Position numbers and translations under genes: made by a program. Positions 9,622 through 17,406 of a stretch of DNA of 64,000 bases are shown here, piece after piece. Under the pieces are notes generated by a model. That model did not search any database and was not told the DNA's origin. It was given only the letters and a program-made list of their open reading frames with translations. Source of the DNA: Candidatus Latescibacterota bacterium (GTDB lineage Bacteria; Latescibacterota; UBA2968; UBA8231); the NCBI GenBank assembly GCA_965221775.1, contig CBDCSU010000005.1:1280001-1344000 (forward strand). Reading direction: 5' to 3'. Numbering within the stretch: position 1 is the first letter of the stretch; the number at the start of each line of letters is the position of its first letter.

Positions 9622-10890
9622 ATGCCCCCTTCCCGTTACCTCTCCTCCACCGAGGCCTGCTCCGAGCTGGGAATCCGGCCGCAGACCCTCTACTCCTACG
9701 TGAGCCGCGGCCTGGTCCGCTCCGAGACCGGGGATCAGCGGCGCCGCACCCGCCAGTACCACCGCGAGGACATCGAGCGGCTCCGCCACCAGAAGGAGCT
9801 GCGGGCCCATCCCGAGGCCGCCGCCGGGCGCGCCCTGCGGGCCGGGGACCCGGTCCTGGAGTCCGCCCTCAGCCGCATCGACGACGACGACCTCCACTAC
9901 CGGGGGATCAGCGTCGGCGAGCTGGCGCGAGGGGGCACCGCCGAGGAGGTGGCGGCCCTGCTGTGGACGGGGGACCGGTCGCGGCCCATCGAGGGATTCA
10001 CCGGCGAGATCCGGATGCAGGGGGTGGGACCGGGGCTCGGCGCGGAACTGGCGCCGCTGTCAGCCATCGAGCGGATGCAGGCGCTGCTCCCGGTGATCGC
10101 GGCGGCCGATCCCGCGGCCTACGCCACGGCGCCTCCGCAGATCCATCGCTGCGGGGCCCGCATCCTGCGGCTCATGACCCTGATCGCCGCCGGCCGGGCG
10201 CGGACCCGCGACGGAATCGCCCGGACCCTGCAGACCGCCTGGCTGCCGGAGAGGCCGGAGACCACCCCGCTCATCGAAGCCGCCCTGATCCTCTGCGCCG
10301 ACCACGAGCTGAACGTCTCCACCTTCACCTGCCGCACCGTGGCGTCGAGCGGGGCCAGCCTCTACGCGGTGGTGACGGCGGGACTCAGCGCCCTGCAGGG
10401 GCCCCGTCACGGCGGATCGACCGGGCGCCTGGAGGCCCTCTGGGACGAAGCCGAAGCGAGCGGCGCCGGGGAGACGGTCGACAGCAGGCTGAGGAGAGGG
10501 GATCCCGTCGAGGGCTTCGGACACGTGGTCTACCGAGGCGTCGACCCACGGGCGAAGATCCTCATGGGACTACTGGATGAAGCGGTCCCCGAGGCCCGCC
10601 AACTGGAAACGGCACGGGCCTTGATCGAGGAAGTTGGAAAGCGGACGGGACTCTCTCACAACGTGGACCTGGCGCTGGTGGCTTTGCGCCGGGCCCTGGG
10701 ACTGGAGAGAGGAGGCGCCCTGCTGCTGTTCTGCCTGGGGCGGACCATCGGCTGGATCGCCCATGCCATTGAGCAATACCAGACCGGGCGGCTGATACGC
10801 CCGCGCGCCCGGTACACCGGACCGGATCCCGGATCCATGTCCGCTACTGCGACGGCATCGGCTGCAACGCCTCCACGAAGACGGCGCTGA
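9622..10890 (+). CDS. MerR/excisionase-type HTH fused to a citrate-synthase domain
   Basis: N-terminal EACSELGIRPQTLYSYVSRG HTH; DHELNVSTF, GPRHGG, GFGH, NVD motifs. Confidence 0.85.
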   Translation: MPPSRYLSSTEACSELGIRPQTLYSYVSRGLVRSETGDQRRRTRQYHREDIERLRHQKELRAHPEAAAGRALRAGDPVLESALSRIDDDDLHYRGISVGELARGGTAEEVAALLWTGDRSRPIEGFTGEIRMQGVGPGLGAELAPLSAIERMQALLPVIAAADPAAYATAPPQIHRCGARILRLMTLIAAGRARTRDGIARTLQTAWLPERPETTPLIEAALILCADHELNVSTFTCRTVASSGASLYAVVTAGLSALQGPRHGGSTGRLEALWDEAEASGAGETVDSRLRRGDPVEGFGHVVYRGVDPRAKILMGLLDEAVPEARQLETARALIEEVGKRTGLSHNVDLALVALRRALGLERGGALLLFCLGRTIGWIAHAIEQYQTGRLIRPRARYTGPDPGSMSATATASAATPPRRRR

Positions 10891-11015
10891 AGCTGCTCAC
10901 TCTGGGCTTTGAGGTGCGCGAGCTGATCGGCGGGCTGGACTGGTGGAAGCGCGACGGCTACGCCACGGCGGGGACCGGGGGGCGGCCCGGGACCGAGATC
11001 AAGTGCGGGTGTTGA
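10845..11015 (+). pseudogene. C-terminal half of a rhodanese-domain gene, no start codon
   Basis: Reads YCDGIGCNASTKTALKLLTLGFEVRELIGGLDWWKRDGY..KCGC-stop and overlaps the end of the upstream gene in another frame. Confidence 0.75.
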
Positions 11016-11033
11016 GTCGCGTGGCCGCCCGCG

Positions 11034-11330
11034 TCAGGTGGGCGATGCGCCGGCGAGCTCCCGGTCGATGACATCGCCCTTCGTGGCTTCGACGAGAGAG
11101 ACGTCGAACTGGCTCTGCAGATTCATCCACAAGGCGGCCCCCGTGCCGAGGTAGCGCCCGAGGCGGACGGCCGTATCGGCGGTGATCGACCGCTCGGCAC
11201 GAAGGATCGCCGTGATCCGGTTTGCGGGCACCCGGATGGCGAGGGCCAGCTGATTCGCGCTCATGTCCCGGGCGTCGAGCTCGGCCCGGAGTAGTTGTCC
11301 GGGGTGTGTCTTGATGCGTGGCATTGGCAA
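11034..11330 (-). CDS. higA: HigA antitoxin (XRE HTH)
   Basis: HPGQLL, SITADTAVRLGRYLG, WMNLQ. Confidence 0.9.
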   Translation of the reverse strand: MPMPRIKTHPGQLLRAELDARDMSANQLALAIRVPANRITAILRAERSITADTAVRLGRYLGTGAALWMNLQSQFDVSLVEATKGDVIDRELAGASPT

Positions 11331-11336
11331 TCCTCC

Positions 11337-11624
11337 TCAGCCCTTGTGATAGTCCTCGATGGCGACGTCGTGCGCGTTGCCGTCATGGAAGCGGAACGTG
11401 ACCCGCCACCGGCCATTCACGGTCATTGCCCATTGGCCTTGCCTTGAGCCCTTCAGCGCATGCAGGCGAGCTGCTCTCACCGATCGGAGCGGCTCCAGCG
11501 CAGGAGTCGCGTCCAAGGCGTCGAGCAGTATGAGCGCCCGACTGTAGTCCAGACCCCGAAAACCCCGTTGCCGACCCTCCTCGAAGAGCCGCCGGGTTCC
11601 ACTGTTGGCGAAAGACAGAATCAC
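11337..11624 (-). CDS. higB: HigB (RelE-like) toxin
   Basis: MILSFAN, LHALKG, VNGRWRVTFRF, IEDYH. Confidence 0.9.
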   Translation of the reverse strand: MILSFANSGTRRLFEEGRQRGFRGLDYSRALILLDALDATPALEPLRSVRAARLHALKGSRQGQWAMTVNGRWRVTFRFHDGNAHDVAIEDYHKG

Positions 11625-11630
11625 CCTCAG

Positions 11631-11659
11631 ACGTTAGGACGGGTCTCGTAGCACGTCAA
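11631..11659 (-). promoter_or_regulatory. Sigma70-like promoter for higBA, probably leaderless
   Basis: Minus strand TTGACG-17 bp-TAACGT ending 6 nt before the GTG start. Confidence 0.55.
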
Positions 11660-11753
11660 GCGTAGTAAGAAAGCAAGGGGTCCGAAGGTTGGCTGCCTTC
11701 AGAGGCGGCGGCGGAGAATGACGCTGCTACTGCGAACCCTGGCTTGGAGGCAG

Positions 11754-14234
11754 CTACAGAGGATCAGCCTCACTCGTCCCGATGACGAAACAGGGTGTCC
11801 GGGTGCGCCAGTTGGGCCAGCGGGTGGACCGCCCATCCTCGAAATGGAACTCGAAGAACACCATCAGGTCCCAGGCGGGATCGATGGCCTCTCCCGGGAT
11901 CACCGCTCGATGCGCGTCCCCGGCGGGTCCCATGTCCACGCAGCTGAAGTCCATGGCCTGATGGGCGATCCGGTGGTGGCAGCGAACGGCGCGCGGCGTT
12001 GGTGATTCGCACCGGATGCGGAGCTCCAGGTCGCGACCCACCTCGGCGCGGTCTGGAGGAACGAAGGTCACCTCCGGCGGGTCGGGATGGACCTCGCCGC
12101 CGGGGAAAGGCCCCGGGTCCGCGGATCCGATCTCCGGCTGTTCCGCCATGAGCGCATCCACGACCTCCAAGTCGCGCTCGACCACCCGCAGGTCATCCCT
12201 CCAGTGGCCGGTATGGCCCTTCTCGCGGAACCCGAAGATCAGGTCGCCGCTGTAGGCGCTCTCCGCCGCCGATGAGAGGGCGATCCAGTGGCCGCGCGCC
12301 TGTAGCAGCAACTCGCGCACAGCGGGCAGGCGGTGAGTCTCCCCCGCCTTGCGGTGCAAGGCCAGGTGCACGGCCGCCAGCAGACGGCAGGCATGGTACT
12401 CCGCCAAGTGCGCGAGCAGGGTGAAGTCGAGGAGGATGTGTCGCAGCTCCGGCTGCTCCGAATGTCCTCCATCGAGGCCGGACAGAAGGCCGCGTACCTC
12501 TGCGGCAATCCGGCGCAGGTGATGGGACACCTGGGGCGGCGTCCACTTGCCGCGGAGCCGGTCACCCATGGCATCCTCCACGTACTCGTCGATCCCGTAG
12601 AACCGGGTGGGGTCGCTGGGCTCGGTGCGCGCGTCCTCCTCCAGGCCGCGGCCGGCGAAGCGCTCGGGCCAGAAGGTCCAGAGGCTGGCCGAGTGCTGCA
12701 GCACTACCGTCAGCAGAGGCAGGATCTTGCCCCCGGTGGTGTAGAGCTCCTCCACCGCCGCCGCGGACTCCCCGAAGCGATGGCGCAGCTCCCGCCGCCA
12801 GACCTCGGGCGAAGCCTCCGGGTCGTAGCCGAGGCGGCCGAAGAGCAGGTGGAACATCCAGTGGCGCCGGTGCTCGGCCGCGGGCGACGCGAAGGCAGGA
12901 TCGATGCTCACCGCCCACGGCGGCCCGTCGTCGCGGACTCCCTTGTTGGTGAGCGGCGCCATCACCTCGAAGCCGTCGCCGCCGAAGGTGCAGGAACGGG
13001 CGAAGCGCCTCACCCACTCCGGATCGCCCCACGGCAGCACGCGCTGGCTGCCCGCGCTCCAGAGTCGGTGGATCAGCGGAAAGGAGCGCGGCTTGCGCAG
13101 CAGGTCCCAGGTGCCGTAGCGCCGGTAGTTCCTCCGGTCGAACCGCTGAATCGCCGGCATCGGGTAGGGCATGCCGAGGTGCTCGCACCAGTGCTTGGTG
13201 GAGACCACCGTGTCGGGGACCAGCTGCCGCGCCAGCCGGATGGTGTCGTCGGCGAGTCCCTTGGCGCGCAGGTCCAGGCGGATCCGCCGGCCGCACCCGG
13301 CGATGGCGCGGAACTGCGGCTCGTAGTACCCGGCCTGGCGGTCCTCGGCGACGCCGGACTCGTGGTTCATGCGGAACTGCACGCCGTCGATCCCCGGGCA
13401 CGCCGCGAGCAGCCGCCCCAGGCCGGCGGCGTTGTACTCCGCCAGGATCTCCGGCGTGAGGCCCTCCACCTGGGGATCGCCGTAGTCGTGGGCGTGCTGG
13501 GACCAGACGCCGAAGGTGAAGTGCAGGCCCCGCCGGCGGGTGAGCCCGGCGACGCGGACCAGCATCTCCAGGTGACGATCCCGCTGCTGCGCGCTGAAGC
13601 CGATGGCACGGACCCGCGGGAACCCCGGGACCTCCAGCAGGAAGGGATAGGGCGGCGACAGGTAGGCGATCTGGTGGCCGAAGGTGAGGCTCAGGTTGTT
13701 GTATCGGCTGCGCGCCAACCGGCCCAGGTACTCCTCCCAGAACGCGTCGTCGTAGAACCACTCCTCCTCGAGGCGGCGGTTGCAGAGGAAGAGCTGCATG
13801 CTGCGCCACTCCAGGTGCGGAGACTCGACCGCGGGATGGATCGCCGCGAGAGCGCGGGTCTCCGGCGGCGCCAGCTCGACGGCGCGAGCCGCTTCGAGGA
13901 GGGCGTACGTCAGGCCGCGCTCGTCGCGGCCGCAGACGAGGAACCCGCCGCCGGCCAGGGGCTGAAGGACCAGGGATTCAGGCGCATCGGGGCAGGAGAC
14001 CCCGGCGCGGGCGAGGGCGTCCGCCGCGGCCGGAGATCCTCCGGCCAGGCCGACGACGATGGCCGGACCCGCGCCGGGGGCGGCGGTGATCCCGGGGGAT
14101 TCGCCGCGGGCTCGGAGGACGCGCGTCAGCTCGTCGAGGGCCCGGTGGGCGGCCGGGGGCAGCCCCGTGTCGACGAGGAGGTTCACCGTGTCTGGCCAGC
14201 GCCGGGCCGGGGCATCCTGGTCAGGAAGGACCAC
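11754..14234 (-). CDS. Large hypothetical glycoside-hydrolase-like protein (GH20/67/115-type N-terminal domain); true start uncertain
   Basis: PESLVL..VCGRDERGLTYALLE N-terminal domain signature and TIM-barrel-like core; strong GC3 bias. Confidence 0.6.
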   Translation of the reverse strand: MVLPDQDAPARRWPDTVNLLVDTGLPPAAHRALDELTRVLRARGESPGITAAPGAGPAIVVGLAGGSPAAADALARAGVSCPDAPESLVLQPLAGGGFLVCGRDERGLTYALLEAARAVELAPPETRALAAIHPAVESPHLEWRSMQLFLCNRRLEEEWFYDDAFWEEYLGRLARSRYNNLSLTFGHQIAYLSPPYPFLLEVPGFPRVRAIGFSAQQRDRHLEMLVRVAGLTRRRGLHFTFGVWSQHAHDYGDPQVEGLTPEILAEYNAAGLGRLLAACPGIDGVQFRMNHESGVAEDRQAGYYEPQFRAIAGCGRRIRLDLRAKGLADDTIRLARQLVPDTVVSTKHWCEHLGMPYPMPAIQRFDRRNYRRYGTWDLLRKPRSFPLIHRLWSAGSQRVLPWGDPEWVRRFARSCTFGGDGFEVMAPLTNKGVRDDGPPWAVSIDPAFASPAAEHRRHWMFHLLFGRLGYDPEASPEVWRRELRHRFGESAAAVEELYTTGGKILPLLTVVLQHSASLWTFWPERFAGRGLEEDARTEPSDPTRFYGIDEYVEDAMGDRLRGKWTPPQVSHHLRRIAAEVRGLLSGLDGGHSEQPELRHILLDFTLLAHLAEYHACRLLAAVHLALHRKAGETHRLPAVRELLLQARGHWIALSSAAESAYSGDLIFGFREKGHTGHWRDDLRVVERDLEVVDALMAEQPEIGSADPGPFPGGEVHPDPPEVTFVPPDRAEVGRDLELRIRCESPTPRAVRCHHRIAHQAMDFSCVDMGPAGDAHRAVIPGEAIDPAWDLMVFFEFHFEDGRSTRWPNWRTRTPCFVIGTSEADPL

Positions 14235-14505
14235 CGTCCTGGTCGGTCAGATCGAACAGAGCAGAGCTATCGTCCAGATCGACGCCGGGTCTCACACCTC
14301 GCCCCTTGAAGGTCTTCAAGGAGACGCGCCCCGATCTCTTCGCCTGGTCGAAGTGGCGGATCGCAGTCTCGAACTTGTCTCGGCAGCCGGGACTGCAGAA
14401 CCCGACGACCTGGCCGTCATACTCGGTCAGCGAGTCTGCCTGCACCGGCTTGCCCGACCACGGGCAGGTCTTGTTGATGCAGTCGGCGATGTCGAGAGCG
14501 GGCAT
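14221..14505 (-). CDS. Small YHS/TRASH-like Cys protein with a VapB-like C-terminal tail
   Basis: INKTCPWSGKPV..VGFCSPGCRDKF, then LKTFKGRGVRPGVDLDDSSALFDL. Confidence 0.65.
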   Translation of the reverse strand: MPALDIADCINKTCPWSGKPVQADSLTEYDGQVVGFCSPGCRDKFETAIRHFDQAKRSGRVSLKTFKGRGVRPGVDLDDSSALFDLTDQDGGPS

Positions 14506-14542
14506 TGTGTCTCCCATGGATTCGTGGTCGTGGTCGAGCACC

Positions 14543-15238
14543 TTACTTCGGCGATACTCGCTTGGTCAATCGCTCCTTCACGGCCTTGTAGCGCAGACCC
14601 GTTGACTCCAGGACCCGCGCCGCGAATCCAACCCGATCCCTGAGCAGCCCGAGAAGGAGGTGCTCGACGTGCACGTCATGACGGCCGGAGCCCCGGGCCT
14701 CGTCTGCGGCACTTTCGAGGACCCTCCTGAGGGCTGGGTTGAATCGGCTCTCGTCGCAATGGGAGCTTCCACTGGACACCCGGCTCTCCGCAAGGCGCCG
14801 GACCTCGTCGGGCGCGACGCCCAGTCCCTCCAGCAAGGGACCGGCAAGGGGCCGGATCTCCTCTCCCGCCAGGGCCAGCAGCAGATGCCCGGGGCCCACC
14901 TCGGGGCTGCCTCGACGCGTGGCTTCCGCGTTGGCCAACTCGATGATCTTCTTCACCGACTCGGCAAAGCGGAACTGGGCGGCCTGTTCATCGACGAAGG
15001 CCATCATCTTCGGCCAGCTCTCGAAGCCGTAGTCCCGGGCCAGCGTGAACTGCGCCTCCTGAACGGTGACGCCGGTGTGCCAGCCACCACCATCGCGAGG
15101 TTGGCCGGCCAGGCGCGGAAGGTGTGCGCGCAGCAGCCGGATGGCGGACACCTGGCCGGAGCGGCAGGCGCGCTGAAGTTGCCGCGCCTGGTTCCTGAGA
15201 TGCTCCCTGTTTGGACGACCGGGAAGGGAACGGGACAT
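14543..15238 (-). CDS. Clp N-terminal repeat protein with an LPxRPxxEHL..ARDYGFESW N-terminal domain
   Basis: Two Clp-N repeats (EVGPGHLLLAL, DVHVEHLLLGL); start ATG 15238 with RBS AGAGGGT. Confidence 0.75.
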   Translation of the reverse strand: MSRSLPGRPNREHLRNQARQLQRACRSGQVSAIRLLRAHLPRLAGQPRDGGGWHTGVTVQEAQFTLARDYGFESWPKMMAFVDEQAAQFRFAESVKKIIELANAEATRRGSPEVGPGHLLLALAGEEIRPLAGPLLEGLGVAPDEVRRLAESRVSSGSSHCDESRFNPALRRVLESAADEARGSGRHDVHVEHLLLGLLRDRVGFAARVLESTGLRYKAVKERLTKRVSPK

Positions 15239-15497
15239 GCCTACCCTCTTTCCGAAGCGCCGGGGGGTTCGCCAGGACCGGCAGAAAGAAGGTCGGGAAG
15301 TGGAGCGAGGTGGGGTGGGCTGTGCCCTGACCGCGAACGTGGACGCTCCCCCGGAGCACTGTTTCTCAAGGTACCCCGGCTCGAGGTCTGCGGTCAACGC
15401 GAAGCCACTGGCCGGGCCGCTCCGGGATGACGGGCAAGAGGGTTTTCCGTTCATTCAGGACAGGCCGTATACGGGCGATTGGAACAGAGAGTCGGGA

Positions 15498-16442
15498 GTG
15501 CATCTGGCACAAGGCATCTCCGCGAACGATCCGGATCAGCACATTCGAGCCGCGGCTCTCGCCGCCATCGAACGGCTCTCCCGCCAGCATGGTGGCAGGG
15601 TCCACTGGGGCGAGATCGAGAGAGGATTCGACGCGGGCGGTCAACGAGTCCACTTCGCCACTCGTGCGAAGGGCATCTTCAAACCGAAACAGATGAGCGC
15701 CGCCCTCAGTATCAAGACAGTCATCCCCCGATCCGGGCGCGATGTCTGGTACCGCGATCAGGGCCTCGCAGCACGGAACACCGATCAGGAAACGGGCCTC
15801 TTGCGCTATGACCTCGCGCGTGGCGGCCCGGATGAGCCTACCAACCGGTCTCTGAGAAGAGCGATGGAACGGGGCGCACCGCTGATCTACTTCGCCGGTC
15901 TCTCACCATCGGAGTATCAGCCGGTGTTTCCCGTCTGGGTCGAAGAGTTCCACGAGAGCGAGGTGCTGCTCGCCACGGCCGACAATCCGGATTCCGCGGC
16001 GAGTCTTGCACACGAAGGACCGGAAAGGTCGTACTCACTTACGACCGCCCGATCGAGGAACCATCAGGCATGGTTCAGCGCCCGCACCAAGGCCGCCTAT
16101 GGGTATCAGTGCGCCTTCAGTGGCCTGCCGGTGCGTGAACTATTGGTGGGGGCCCATATCATTCCCGACGCCGACGGGGGGCCTGCCTCCGTGAAGAATG
16201 GAATCTGTATGTCCACGCTTCACCATACCGCCTTCGACACGCACTTGATCGGGGTTGATCCCGACTTCCGAATCCACATTTCTCCGCCCCTCAAGGAACG
16301 CAGGGACGGCGACTTGCTTGCCACCCTCAAGGGACTTGAGGAAACCCCCATCCACCTGCCTTCGGACCGGGAAGATTGGCCGAGACCCGCCTTTCTGGAG
16401 CATCGGTTCTCTCGATTCCTGTCCCAGGCCGATTCCCCATGA
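15498..16442 (+). CDS. HNH endonuclease with SRA-like N-terminal domain (putative type IV restriction)
   Basis: YGYQCAFSG..LVGAHIIP..NGICMSTLHHTAFD HNH; GIFKP and PLIYF N-terminal motifs; lower GC. Confidence 0.75.
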   Translation: MHLAQGISANDPDQHIRAAALAAIERLSRQHGGRVHWGEIERGFDAGGQRVHFATRAKGIFKPKQMSAALSIKTVIPRSGRDVWYRDQGLAARNTDQETGLLRYDLARGGPDEPTNRSLRRAMERGAPLIYFAGLSPSEYQPVFPVWVEEFHESEVLLATADNPDSAASLAHEGPERSYSLTTARSRNHQAWFSARTKAAYGYQCAFSGLPVRELLVGAHIIPDADGGPASVKNGICMSTLHHTAFDTHLIGVDPDFRIHISPPLKERRDGDLLATLKGLEETPIHLPSDREDWPRPAFLEHRFSRFLSQADSP

Positions 16443-16455
16443 TCAAGGAACCCAG

Positions 16456-17199
16456 ATGACCAGCTCCTCACCCACCGACAGCGTCGTCATCCTCTTCAAG
16501 GGCGGGCGGCTGCCCACGTGGCACCTGCTCGACGACGCCCAGCAGACCGACTACGAACGCCTCCACGTGGACCTGATGCTCGCGGTCTCGGAGCGGCACG
16601 GCCTGATGGGGCTGCACGGCTACCGGCTGCTGGCGCCCCTGGGCGACTGGGTGCGATTCTGGACGATCGAGTTCCCGGAGCTGGCCGGCGCCGAGGCATG
16701 GATCACGGCGGAGATGGAGCCGCCCTACGGACGCTACGGCCACTACGACTACTGCCTCGCCCGGCGCTGGCAGCCGGAGGGCCTGTCCTGGCTGCCCCGC
16801 CGCCCCGAACCCCCCGTGCCGCCGGACGCCGACCCGCACGTGATCGCGCCCCTGGCGCCCGATCCCTCCTCCGTCGTGGTCCTCGCCTTCGGCGGCTGGC
16901 GCCGCGGCTCCGACCAGATCGACCCGCGAACCCGGGGCGACGAGGAGCGCCGTCAGCTGCTGCGCCAGACGGCCGAGGACCACGGCCTGATCCACGGGGA
17001 GGTCTTCCGCCTCTGCGCTCCCAGCCCCGAGGGCGAGTTCGCCTGGATCCTGGAGTTCCCCGAGCTGGCCGGCGCCGAGGCCTGGATCGAGGCGGAGTCG
17101 GCGCCGCCCGCCGCGGCCCACCAGGAACGCCGCTTCCACCTGGCCCGGCGCTGGGCGCCGGAGTACTTCGTCACCTGGCCTCCGCGGAGGGACGGCTGA
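16456..17199 (+). CDS. Hypothetical protein with two internally duplicated alpha/beta domains
   Basis: EFPELAGAEAWI and LARRW each occur twice; RBS AAGGAA. Confidence 0.7.
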   Translation: MTSSSPTDSVVILFKGGRLPTWHLLDDAQQTDYERLHVDLMLAVSERHGLMGLHGYRLLAPLGDWVRFWTIEFPELAGAEAWITAEMEPPYGRYGHYDYCLARRWQPEGLSWLPRRPEPPVPPDADPHVIAPLAPDPSSVVVLAFGGWRRGSDQIDPRTRGDEERRQLLRQTAEDHGLIHGEVFRLCAPSPEGEFAWILEFPELAGAEAWIEAESAPPAAAHQERRFHLARRWAPEYFVTWPPRRDG

Positions 17200-17406
17200 A
17201 GGGCGGGAGCCCGCGGGCAGGACGGATCGCCCTGGGCGCCGCCGCCGTCCCGCGCCACGGCTCTGACCTCGTGCGGTCTCGCCTTTCACCAGGACCTTCG
17301 CCGGCGACCGCCTTGCCACTGCCCGCCGAGACTCCGGCTCTCGCCTGGGGCTCCGGCCTGCCTTCTCTGCTGGATCTTCGCCTGCGCCGGTCCGCGGCCC
17401 GGCCTC

